DNA of 64,000 nucleotides, taken from NCBI GenBank assembly GCA_037310415.1, contig CP147780.1:2304001-2368000 (forward strand), written 5' to 3'. The position numbers and the translations under genes were made by a program. This DNA is from Candidatus Atabeyarchaeum deiterrae (lineage in GTDB: Archaea; Asgardarchaeota; Atabeyarchaeia; Atabeyarchaeales; Atabeyarchaeaceae). Within the stretch, counting starts at the first letter, position 1. The number at the start of each line of letters is the position of its first letter. Below the pieces are notes generated by a model. The model was not told the origin of the DNA and searched no databases. It saw only the letters and a list, made by a program, of their open reading frames with translations. Below, piece after piece: positions 10,307 through 20,131 of the stretch.

Positions 10307-10819
10307 ATGAAGATGACTTTGGCGACGGAAAATGACGTCGATAGACTAATGGACCTAATCAAGGCTTGCGTAGAAGACATGACATCTCAAGGAATCTACC
10401 AGTGGAATGAAAAATATCCCAATCGGCAGACAATAAGAAATGATGTTGAAAGCGAGTCCATGCATATTCTAAAAGGGAATAATGGAGTCATAGCAGCTAT
10501 TTCGATAAATGAGGAGCAACCTCCTGAATACAGGAGTCTCAGTTGGCTGGACCAAGAGGGTAGAGTTCTAGTGTTACATAGGTTGGCGGTCAACCCCAAA
10601 TGGCAGAAACAAGGAGTCGGGGGAAGGATCCTAGATTATGCTGAGAACTATGCCGTTGATAATGGGTACACGTCCATCAGACTAGATACTTACAGCGGCA
10701 ATCCCAGAGCATTGAGACTCTATGAGAGGCATCAATATAGGCGAGTTGGCCAAGTTCGTTTTCCCGGAAGAGATCTTCCTTTTTATTGTTATGAAAAAAT
10801 CTTGAGGAAGAGGACTTGA
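10307..10819 (+). CDS. GNAT family N-acetyltransferase
   Basis: QGIYQWNEKYP, LHRLAVNPKWQKQGVG (motif A), IRLDTYSGNPRALRLYE. Confidence 0.9.
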   Translation: MKMTLATENDVDRLMDLIKACVEDMTSQGIYQWNEKYPNRQTIRNDVESESMHILKGNNGVIAAISINEEQPPEYRSLSWLDQEGRVLVLHRLAVNPKWQKQGVGGRILDYAENYAVDNGYTSIRLDTYSGNPRALRLYERHQYRRVGQVRFPGRDLPFYCYEKILRKRT

Positions 10820-11006
10820 TCATGATGGGTAACTATATAGTCCTTGTCACATTAGATTCTTTTCCCCATTTACGCTGGTGCTCGAGAGCTACACTGGTAT
10901 AAATCAAATACGTGGCGCATAGTGTGGGGTTATTTCAGGACTTGTTGCAAGAAAAATGATCGAGTCTATCTTCTTCTTTGAAGAGAAGTCTCTGCCTGTC
11001 TGAGGG

Positions 11007-12059
11007 TCAAGGCGGGATTATTGCTACCTTGGCTACGTCCCCCGTTTCCATCAGTTTAAGCGCTTCTACCACACTCTTCAGAGGCATCTCGCGAGTTATT
11101 ATTGCTTTGGTGTTTATGGCGCCGCACTCCAAAAGTTTCAACGCTTTTTCCACATACATCGGGGTGTGGTGAAAGACACCTTTGATTGTAAGTTCTTCGT
11201 AATGGAATCTTCTCGTATCTATAGTGAACTTTGTTCCAGCTGGAGCTCCTCCAAAAAGCATTGTGGTTCCAGCCTTTCTTGTCATCTCAATTGCCATTTC
11301 CCAGGTCTGTGGTAGCCCGACTGCTTCAATCACGATGTCTGCGCCTCTGCCCTCCGTTAGCTCTTTAACTTCTGCAATCTGTTCCTCATTCTTTGCGCTT
11401 ATCACAATATCAGCCCCAAGGGCTTTGGCCGTTTCCAAGCGTTTCTGAGAGAGGTCAGTGACGATCACTCTACAAGAGCCGCTTCGTTTGGCAAGCTGAA
11501 GTAGCATGAGACCTATCGGTCCTGAGCCTATTATGACTACAGTGTCAGCTAGACTTATGCCAGCGGCAGCTACACCGTGAGCCACGCACGCAAGTGGTTC
11601 GACCAGAGCGGCGTCTTTGAATGAGAGGGTTGGGGGGATCTCGAAGGTGTTTTGGCGTACAATGTGTTCAGGTACACGTATGTACTCCGCATATGCGCCG
11701 CTTATGATGTTCTCGTTCAGGTGCTCGCATATGTTCTGTCGACCCCTCTTGCAGTAGAAGCATTCATTGCATGGCGCTGAGTTCGCTGCGACAACCCTCA
11801 TACCTTGCTTGAATTGTTTCACCTTTTCGCCAACTCTCTCAACTACTCCCGCGAATTCATGACCTAGAATCATGGGAAGCTTCTGAACCACCACAGGGTG
11901 TCCCCTTTTGAAGGTCTTCAAGTCAGTACCGCATGTGAGCGCAACGTTCACCTTAACGAGAATATCTCCGGCACAGATCTCAGGAATATCCGTCTCTTCA
12001 TATTTCATATTGCCCGGTCCGTAGTACATTGCTGCTTTCATCTTGCCCTTTGCACTCAA
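11007..12059 (-). CDS. Zn-dependent alcohol dehydrogenase (threonine/sorbitol dehydrogenase-like)
   Basis: CGTD, GHEFAG, CNECFYC..C structural Zn site, GSGPIG Rossmann motif. Confidence 0.92.
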   Translation of the reverse strand: MSAKGKMKAAMYYGPGNMKYEETDIPEICAGDILVKVNVALTCGTDLKTFKRGHPVVVQKLPMILGHEFAGVVERVGEKVKQFKQGMRVVAANSAPCNECFYCKRGRQNICEHLNENIISGAYAEYIRVPEHIVRQNTFEIPPTLSFKDAALVEPLACVAHGVAAAGISLADTVVIIGSGPIGLMLLQLAKRSGSCRVIVTDLSQKRLETAKALGADIVISAKNEEQIAEVKELTEGRGADIVIEAVGLPQTWEMAIEMTRKAGTTMLFGGAPAGTKFTIDTRRFHYEELTIKGVFHHTPMYVEKALKLLECGAINTKAIITREMPLKSVVEALKLMETGDVAKVAIIPP

Positions 12060-12239
12060 CTTTCTCCGCCACCTCTGTAACTCGCCTGATACCCCTCAGT
12101 GGGATTAGGAAGAATAGACCAATAGTTCAGTCAAACTGTAAGTATTTCAGTACTGTCCTATCATATTGTGGAATACCTTTTTAAAATCTGTTGAGCAATT
12201 GCGAAAACTGCACGAAATGGAATGTGACAGCAGAGCATA

Positions 12240-12270
12240 CTACCTCTATCAAAGTGTTAGTTTGAAGAAC
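12240..12270 (+). repeat. Left terminal inverted repeat
   Basis: Matches the reverse complement of 24850-24880 at 6/6 terminal and 16/17 internal positions, with an identical 8-nt spacing between the two blocks. Confidence 0.75.
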
Positions 12271-12572
12271 CCTCACTCTCTTTTTTCCGTGCCGAAACCC
12301 TCTGTTTATGCGTCAATCACACCAGCTTTAGATGCGCCTCTCCTTCTCTTACTGAGTATTTAGTTACTAAGTGTGAGGCGTGCAACCATGCAATCATTCG
12401 CCTGGGACCTCTACCAATGTGAAAGCAAGCACTCGCATATCATCATAGTCGAGCACATCAAGGAACTACTCCGTGGGAAAGTCGCGAAGAAGTCCTTGCC
12501 TGCGCAACAATGTTGCTTCGGCCACTGATCTCGAGGGTCTTCTCACACTACTGCAAAAGGTGAAAGCACACT

Positions 12573-12761
12573 ATGACGAAGAAGATACTGGTAGGTTTTG
12601 AGGACGACCAATTTGAAGCACTCAAGACAGCCAAAGCTGGCCTATCTTGGCGAGACTTCATATTGAAGCTGCTACCTCAGAAATCGCCAGAACTCACTGG
12701 TACAAGCAAACCCCAAGCGGTAATGGAGATTGCTCTAACACTGAACTTCAAAAAAACTTAG
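12573..12761 (+). CDS. Small RHH/antitoxin-like DNA-binding protein (62 aa)
   Basis: MTKKILVGFEDDQFEALKTAKAGLSWRDFILKLL: beta-strand then two helices, a pattern typical of small archaeal MGE regulators; GGTGA SD upstream. Confidence 0.5.
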   Translation: MTKKILVGFEDDQFEALKTAKAGLSWRDFILKLLPQKSPELTGTSKPQAVMEIALTLNFKKT

Positions 12762-12886
12762 CAACCTGAACACCAAACTCGACCACGTGATTAACCTGCC
12801 ACACGAGGGTGAAACTATGCGACAAGAGCCACGTCAACCGGATATCGCCTTTAGATCACAGTTTCAGAACTAGGTGAACCGCAAGT

Positions 12887-15704
12887 CTTTCCAAACTACT
12901 AGGTCAATCTCAAACAGGAATTAGAGCAAAACGGTTTTCTAACGTTGTACACGTACTTTCCAAACTACTAGGTCAATCTCAAACTATCCAGATTCTTCTT
13001 TCCTTATTGGATGGACCATCTTTCCAAACTACTAGGTCAATCTCAAACGAAACTCGGGGTGCTGGCACACAGTGAATACCTATGCTTTCCAAACTACTAG
13101 GTCAATCTCAAACTGAAGACTCTGAGTTGGGTTCTCGTAGGCTTCACGTCTTTCCAAACTACTAGGTCAATCTCAAACGCTTCTAAGGCGTTTCTGGGGT
13201 TTCATTAGGAGACACTTTCCAAACTACTAGGTCAATCTCAAACCACTCTGGCTTGGAGGAGAACTCCAATGTGAGTTATCCTTTCCAAACTACTAGGTCA
13301 ATCTCAAACCGAGAAATGGGGCTTCCTCTTGCTGCCAGCAGCCTTAGCTTTCCAAACTACTAGGTCAATCTCAAACCCTCCGACCAACCTATTAGAATAA
13401 GGAAATGATTATTCTTTCCAAACTACTAGGTCAATCTCAAACGAAGGACGGGCTTATCTGTATGCCATATCCGCTTGCCTTTCCAAACTACTAGGTCAAT
13501 CTCAAACTAATGGAGGTCCTTGAGCATCTTGATGAGAAGCAGAGGGCTTTCCAAACTACTAGGTCAATCTCAAACGGGAATGTGGCATAAGAAGCCCTTG
13601 AAGTGGGTTCTCTTTCCAAACTACTAGGTCAATCTCAAACTAAGAAGCCGCAGGAAACGAAGAAACCTGAAGAACCTATCTTTCCAAACTACTAGGTCAA
13701 TCTCAAACAAATATTCTCTGATGCTTTCCGGTAACTCATTATTCTCCTTTCCAAACTACTAGGTCAATCTCAAACGAATACTACACAGTAGAACGCTGGA
13801 GCAAAATGATGACCTTTCCAAACTACTAGGTCAATCTCAAACTTGTGATTTTCACAACCATATTACATCACCACTCACATACTTTCCAAACTACTAGGTC
13901 AATCTCAAACTATATTGATGGAGATGAAGCCATATGAAAGATGAAGATCCTTTCCAAACTACTAGGTCAATCTCAAACTATATTGATGGAGATGAAGCCA
14001 TATGAAAGATGAAGATCCTTTCCAAACTACTAGGTCAATCTCAAACGAGGTAACACGTGCGTGGAATGCCTTCCAAGACGACATCTTTCCAAACTACTAG
14101 GTCAATCTCAAACTACCAATGTATTCCAAGGCATCATGCTTGACACCACATACTTTCCAAACTACTAGGTCAATCTCAAACCATAATACACCCCACTAAA
14201 GGAGAAGAACAACCATGATAAGAGCTTTCCAAACTACTAGGTCAATCTCAAACAGTTTAGGCCGAGGTGAAGAAGCTTGGGAGCATCTAGCTTTCCAAAC
14301 TACTAGGTCAATCTCAAACCTTTGGCGCCCAGTCCAAGACCCCATGCTCACCCCACTCTTTCCAAACTACTAGGTCAATCTCAAACCAGAGCTATTAGCA
14401 TGAAGGTGTTTCAACTATGGGTTCTTTCCAAACTACTAGGTCAATCTCAAACCACCGTATGGCACAATAGCCCTCGTTAACAATGGTCTCTTTCCAAACT
14501 ACTAGGTCAATCTCAAACGCAGCATCACAGTGTAGCGCTTGAACATGACGGGTGGGTCTTTCCAAACTACTAGGTCAATCTCAAACCATAATCAGCACCG
14601 GCTACACATACACGCTGTACTACTTTCCAAACTACTAGGTCAATCTCAAACAATATCACGAGCTGGCACACAATTGTTACTACAGGTTCGTCTTTCCAAA
14701 CTACTAGGTCAATCTCAAACAAGCAGACTACTATGTGGGCATACGGTTAACCCTCAACTTTCCAAACTACTAGGTCAATCTCAAACTCCGCGTCTCGCTG
14801 TGAGGTCTGCGGTTGCTTTCCTTCTTTCCAAACTACTAGGTCAATCTCAAACCAGATATAGCACTGGACAACTCAATTCATGTGGCAATTCTTTCCAAAC
14901 TACTAGGTCAATCTCAAACAGAGATCAAGATACTCCTTCCCATACGGCGGATCAGTCTTTCCAAACTACTAGGTCAATCTCAAACGTGGATATATCGCTC
15001 ACGGTTGCGTACTTTCTGCAATCTTTCCAAACTACTAGGTCAATCTCAAACGTGTGAGCACATGCTTCGAGTGGTCAACGAGCCAGTCTTTCCAAACTAC
15101 TAGGTCAATCTCAAACTCGACAGGACGGAAGGCGGCTACAACATCTTCATCATCTTTCCAAACTACTAGGTCAATCTCAAACTCTACACGATTGCCACAG
15201 CATACAGTGACTCACTGGCTTTCCAAACTACTAGGTCAATCTCAAACACAGGTGGACTCTACGGCATAATGAACCTAGGCATCTTTCCAAACTACTAGGT
15301 CAATCTCAAACTATCTTCTACTTCGTAGGCAACATAGTTTCTGGCATCTTTCCAAACTACTAGGTCAATCTCAAACGAAAGCCGGTGCAGCCATTGAGAT
15401 CTGCCTAACTCCTTTCCAAACTACTAGGTCAATCTCAAACTCTTCTGAGTCCAACTGGCCGGTGTACCGTCACCCCACTTTCCAAACTACTAGGTCAATC
15501 TCAAACCTTCCTCTGCCTCTACGTTGGGGTGCGCATGGTTCCCTTTCCAAACTACTAGGTCAATCTCAAACTTGAGGACCCACTTCTTATTTGGCTCGTA
15601 GCCATTCTTCCTTTCCAAACTACTAGGTCAATCTCAAACAGGTATGCAACATCATAGTTTCTTCTCAACCCTCATCTTTCCAAACTACTAGGTCAATCTC
15701 AAAC
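12887..15704 (-). CRISPR. CRISPR array: 43 identical 29-bp repeats, 42 spacers (about 35-43 bp)
   Basis: Repeat CTTTCCAAACTACTAGGTCAATCTCAAAC on + (GTTTGAGATTGACCTAGTAGTTTGGAAAG on -), counted manually. Orientation inferred from the GAAAG 3' end and the leader next to cas2. Confidence 0.98.
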
Positions 15705-15812
15705 CGAGCTTATGATGGCTGGTTTTGCCCAGAAATGCTCTTATTCTGGTTAGATTTGGTGTGCTGTTCGGTCAACCTGCGATACTGTTGCTTGCTTATA
15801 AAGGCTGACTAG
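15705..15812 (-). promoter_or_regulatory. CRISPR leader (short, about 108 bp)
   Basis: Non-coding gap between the cas2 stop and the first repeat; TATA-like CTTTATAAG on the minus strand near 15795-15803. Confidence 0.6.
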
Positions 15813-16076
15813 TCATAGTATGTTTTCTATTGGGTTCTTTTCTATGCCGATAACTTCGAGTTCGAGGTTCTTTTTGCTTGGGAGTTCGTATACTAACACG
15901 GAGTCTGCTTTCTCGTCTATCAGTTCTTTGAGTCTTGCCTTCACTCGTTCGAGTTGCGACGATGATAGGTTTCCTTCGAATACTGAGTTTTGTCTCCAAT
16001 GGAGATATGTTTTCAGGAACTTGTTCACTTTGTTTATGCGTTCCACGTTGATGTCGTAGACTATGACTACGTACGT
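15813..16076 (-). CDS. cas2: Cas2; conserved N-terminus begins at an ACG codon
   Basis: (T)YVVIVYDINVERINKVNKFLKTYLHWRQNSVFEG..DSVLVY..LEVIG. The ORF-track start at 16046 would delete the catalytic YD motif. Confidence 0.9.
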   Translation of the reverse strand, partial: TYVVIVYDINVERINKVNKFLKTYLHWRQNSVFEGNLSSSQLERVKARLKELIDEKADSVLVYELPSKKNLELEVIGIEKNPIENIL

Positions 16077-16079
16077 TTT

Positions 16080-17051
16080 CTACCACCACATTCTGAAGCT
16101 GTTGTACTTCTTGTCGCCGAGTATGTGTTTTATTAGTTTGTAGCATTCCAGTCTGATTAGGTACTTGTATGAGACTTTTCTGTTGAGGTCTGGGTGGCTG
16201 AGCGTTGTGCTGAGTTTTTCCTGGTATTCTTTGAGGAAGAGTTTCTTTCCTTTGTCTTTGAGTAGCACTCCTATTTCTCTGTCGAAGTCTTCTTCTGTGA
16301 GCATCTTGTTGTTTACGAGTGTGAAGATGACTCGCTCCACTATCACTGGCTTGAAGATGTCTGCGAGGTCGAGGGCGAGGGAGAATCTTCGCTCGGAAGG
16401 CTCGTGGAGGTAGCTTATTGAGGGGTGGAGATACGTGTTGTATATTTCGGAGAGAGCGGTTGAGTAGAGGAGGGAGTTGCCGAAGGAAATGAGGGCGTTC
16501 ATTTCACTTGTTGGCGGGCGGATTTCTCTCTCCTTCATCTCGAAGGTGCTAATGATTTCCCCGAAGCTCTGGTAGTAGGCTGCCCATATTCTGCCTTCGG
16601 CGCTCATCATGGTCGGGATGTCGCCATGTATGGACTCCTTTTCGATTGCTTCGATGAATTGGTCTACGTCTTTTTTCCTCTTCCTGTAGTATCTCAGCGT
16701 TTGAAGCACGTTGTGCTTCACTCCTTCTACGATCTCGCGGGCTATGTCTGCTCTTTTGCCAGCGTCTAGGTAGTGTTCTGCTTGTTTAACGACCACTAAC
16801 CCCGAGTTGAGCTGTATTCTCGGGTAGAGGGAGCCCTCATAGTAGCTGTATTTGTTGAAGAAGTGTGTGGGAACGCCCATCTTCATCAGTAGTGAGGAAG
16901 CACCTGAGCGCAGGGAGACTTTGCCGTAGCAGTAGATTTCGCTTATGTTCTCTATGGGAAGCGCCTTCTTCCCTTCCTTGTTCATGAAGTAGAGCGTGTT
17001 TCCACTTCTGATTAGGATTCCTTCCGAAGTTATGTAGAGTGGTTCTTTCAT
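16080..17051 (-). CDS. cas1: Cas1 (type I-B)
   Basis: GNTLYF, AEGRIWAAYY, NALISFGNSLLY, SYLHEP..RFSLALDLADIFKP, C-terminal MWW. Confidence 0.97.
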   Translation of the reverse strand: MKEPLYITSEGILIRSGNTLYFMNKEGKKALPIENISEIYCYGKVSLRSGASSLLMKMGVPTHFFNKYSYYEGSLYPRIQLNSGLVVVKQAEHYLDAGKRADIAREIVEGVKHNVLQTLRYYRKRKKDVDQFIEAIEKESIHGDIPTMMSAEGRIWAAYYQSFGEIISTFEMKEREIRPPTSEMNALISFGNSLLYSTALSEIYNTYLHPSISYLHEPSERRFSLALDLADIFKPVIVERVIFTLVNNKMLTEEDFDREIGVLLKDKGKKLFLKEYQEKLSTTLSHPDLNRKVSYKYLIRLECYKLIKHILGDKKYNSFRMWW

Positions 17052-17054
17052 TTC

Positions 17055-17561
17055 TCACACCATGCATAGTGCATAGTAAGAGCACCTTTTGCAGTAGCGT
17101 TTGGTCTCTGCTTTCGGCGGGTTTGGGTTCCGCGCAATCTTGGGGATCTCTTCGAGTATTACCTGTATTTCGTCCTCAATTTGCGGGGTGAGGGTGAGTT
17201 CTTCCCGCTTCTTCTCTCTCGGGTAGACCATCTCACCTTTTGCCGGTCTTCCAAGTTTCTTCGTGTACCATAGGTAGTAGTAGAGTTGCCACCTTGCTGG
17301 CTCTTTGAGCCGGCTGGACTTCTTGACCTCGAAGATCGTTATGTCGCCTTCTCTTCGGACGAAGTCGAATACTACTTCTCCCAGAGCGATGTTCTTCCTT
17401 TCCCTGGAAAAGCTCTTCTCGTGGATCAGCCTGCCCATCGAGATATTCTCGTCATCATAGTTCATGTTTATTTGGTGTGCGAAGAACCACAACTCTCGTT
17501 TACAGGACTTGTAGTATTGAACCATCACACCCGTTATTCTCATGAGGCTACTTGCCTCCAA
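17055..17561 (-). CDS. cas4: Cas4
   Basis: CKRELW, GRLIHE, D..EVKKS, QLYYY, CKRCSYYALC Fe-S motif. Confidence 0.95.
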   Translation of the reverse strand: MEASSLMRITGVMVQYYKSCKRELWFFAHQINMNYDDENISMGRLIHEKSFSRERKNIALGEVVFDFVRREGDITIFEVKKSSRLKEPARWQLYYYLWYTKKLGRPAKGEMVYPREKKREELTLTPQIEDEIQVILEEIPKIARNPNPPKAETKRYCKRCSYYALCMV

Positions 17562-17704
17562 TTACTCACCCCACGAGGCCCTTTCGCAGTTTGCTCCCGT
17601 CCCTATTATATTCGTCATTGTCGTCTCATGCGACTGCCCCCCCAGACGCAACCAAAGTACTCAGATTCCGTGCCTTCAGACTCGTACGGGCACGTTGCAG
17701 GCAT

Positions 17705-20131
17705 TTAGATTATTAACGGTCCTCCTTCGGGAATAAACCCCGTTTTTATGTCGTATTTTCTTTCCAGATCTGAAAGTTGGATGTGCCCAATATCATTCTC
17801 AAAACAGACACTACCAACCTTTCCCTTCGGAACTGATATTACGTAGCCGTAAAATCTTTTCTTAATCTCGAGAAGCCTCTCTCTCTTTTTCTTGGTGTCA
17901 TCCTTCTCCATTATTGATGCGAAAGTCTCCCATATTCTCCTAGCTTCGTCGTTAAGTTCCACAAATATGTCGACCTTTTCGTAGTCTTCCTCAATCAGTT
18001 TAAAGTCTCCAGTTTCCTTGAATTCGAGTTTGTTTAGATGCTCAAGTATTCTGCTTGACTCGTCGGTGCTTGTTGCGCGCTTAAGTCTTTCGAAATAGTC
18101 GTCAATGAGTCTGAGAAACTCCCTTTCTTCGATCTTGTCTCTATTCTTCAATACGTCTTTCGTCTTGTTCATAATGAAGCCGTCGTAGATGTACTTGTAG
18201 AATGGCTTGTTGGTTCGGTTGCCTTTGAGGATGTAGACGTTCACTTCTCCTTTCCTTTCTGCATTGTCATTGCGGTTGGATCTGCCTGCTGTCTGATTTA
18301 TGGAGTCGAGGGGGCAGAAATCGCGGTAGATCACATCTACGTCGATGTCAACACCCGCTTCGATCAGTTGAGTGGATACTATGATCTTCCTTTTTCCATT
18401 GCTCTTGTCCTTGATCCGTTTTATTCTTTCGAGCCGTTCAATAGGCACAATGTTTGTGGATAGATAAAGAACCTCGTTGGCTTCGTCATTGAGCTTGTTG
18501 AGCAGAGTGAACACCCTTTTTGATGAGTCGATTGTGTTCATGACTATCAGGAAATCTCTGTCTTTTCTCTTGCCTACGTCTTCTAAGACGATTTTTTCGA
18601 AGTCCTCGATTGGAGTCTCCTCAGTGATTCTGAGGTTTAGGACGGTTCTGTTAAAGCCCTCGAAATATCTCTCCTTGTTTTCCACAAGTGGCTTTGCTTC
18701 CCCAGTGGCTTCGTCAAGGATAAGTGGTTCTGTTGCGGTCATGAACACGAAGTAGGTCTTGAAGTACTTCGAGAGCAGTTGCAGGGTTTGCTTCAACAGA
18801 AGCCAGTACTCGTGCGGTATTGATTGAATCTCGTCGAGAAGTACAATCGAATTCACAATGTTGTGGAATTTCCTTATCGATCGGTTCTTGTTCGAGATTA
18901 GGCTGTGAAATAGCTGGACGAAGGTGGTGACAGTTATTTCCGAATTCCAGCCTTCTATTAGGAATTGGCTTCGGCCGGGGCTAAACTCATCTTCTTCGGT
19001 TTCGTAGAAAATATCTGAGAGATGATGGTGTTTGAGCAGAATGTTCGACGGGACAGTTTCCCCGAAGTGTGGAGACAATGCCTTGTCGAATTCTGAGAAG
19101 TTCTGGTCTATTATGCTCAGGAAGGGTAAAGAGTAGACTATTCGCGGTGTATACCCTCTTTCGTTTTTGACTCGGTCTCTCAGCTTCAGAGCGAATGAGA
19201 GTGCGGTTAGGGTTTTCCCTGCCCCTGTCGGAACGTTTAGGGAGAATATTCCGTTGTCGAGAGAGAGTATCTGGACTTGGCCATTGACTTCTCGGTATAT
19301 TTGCTCGCGTATCTCGTCGATTCTTTTCTTTGGTCTGCCAAACCTTGTTTGTTTGTAGAGGTCGACAAGATCAGGTGGGATGTCGGCGCGTTCGATGTTC
19401 CCCAATCCCATCGCCTCGGCTTTGTCCGAGTCAACCAGAACAGAGTAGAGAAATAGGGTTACGAAGTAGGGGAAGATTGAACCTCCATCCGAACGCAAAC
19501 GAGCCAAGGTTACGCTCTCCATAGCCAGTTCCTTCATGACCGTGAGGAAGCCCTCCTTGAACTTGGTGAATGATGGGGGTGAACTTGGGATCACGTCCGC
19601 AAGTATTTTTTCCATCTCCGCTTCGTCTATCGCGTCTAGCTGGGAGCAGAGTACTTGTTTTTCTCTCTCATCAGATACTTTCTCTCTCATCTCATTGACT
19701 TCGTCGTAACCGTTTCCGAGATTACCGTGATGCCTTTTCACAATTAGGAACGCAAGTACTGGCAACAAACAATAGACTTGATTCTCAGAGAAACCCATTT
19801 TTCTGATGGAATTCTTTGTGACATAATAGGTGAAAATCGCTGAGAGAAGACCGTGCTTCGTCTCTTTGTGTGCTTTTAGCCTTCTTTTCTTGCTTTCGTC
19901 TTTCTCGTTTAAGTACTCTTGGAAATATCTTGTGGCTTTCCCGAAATCGTGGGTCGCGCCGATCAGGTAAGCAAGCTCAGGTAGAGTTTCCGCGTTCAGA
20001 TGCCCCGAAAAGTCAAGCCTCTTGCTTTCGACGATTTTCCTGCAACTGTTCGCAACCTCTGAAAGATGGAGATTCAACGGCTTCTGCGGGTGAGACTGGA
20101 GTCTAGAAAGGAACAACTCTTGTCCCGTCAC
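17705..20131 (-). CDS. cas3: Cas3 (HD nuclease fused to SF2 helicase)
   Basis: HDFGK, RHH, DSD; VPTGAGKT, DEIQ, TAT, QTAGRSNR. Confidence 0.96.
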   Translation of the reverse strand: MTGQELFLSRLQSHPQKPLNLHLSEVANSCRKIVESKRLDFSGHLNAETLPELAYLIGATHDFGKATRYFQEYLNEKDESKKRRLKAHKETKHGLLSAIFTYYVTKNSIRKMGFSENQVYCLLPVLAFLIVKRHHGNLGNGYDEVNEMREKVSDEREKQVLCSQLDAIDEAEMEKILADVIPSSPPSFTKFKEGFLTVMKELAMESVTLARLRSDGGSIFPYFVTLFLYSVLVDSDKAEAMGLGNIERADIPPDLVDLYKQTRFGRPKKRIDEIREQIYREVNGQVQILSLDNGIFSLNVPTGAGKTLTALSFALKLRDRVKNERGYTPRIVYSLPFLSIIDQNFSEFDKALSPHFGETVPSNILLKHHHLSDIFYETEEDEFSPGRSQFLIEGWNSEITVTTFVQLFHSLISNKNRSIRKFHNIVNSIVLLDEIQSIPHEYWLLLKQTLQLLSKYFKTYFVFMTATEPLILDEATGEAKPLVENKERYFEGFNRTVLNLRITEETPIEDFEKIVLEDVGKRKDRDFLIVMNTIDSSKRVFTLLNKLNDEANEVLYLSTNIVPIERLERIKRIKDKSNGKRKIIVSTQLIEAGVDIDVDVIYRDFCPLDSINQTAGRSNRNDNAERKGEVNVYILKGNRTNKPFYKYIYDGFIMNKTKDVLKNRDKIEEREFLRLIDDYFERLKRATSTDESSRILEHLNKLEFKETGDFKLIEEDYEKVDIFVELNDEARRIWETFASIMEKDDTKKKRERLLEIKKRFYGYVISVPKGKVGSVCFENDIGHIQLSDLERKYDIKTGFIPEGGPLII

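Noticed and set aside
14539-15269. ORFs inside the CRISPR array
   Set aside because: They are translations of repeats and spacers (recurring LSKLLGQSQT / SFQTTRSISN).
12916-15675. Self-targeting spacers
   Set aside because: No match to the window was found by eye. An exact search was not possible, so this is untested rather than excluded.
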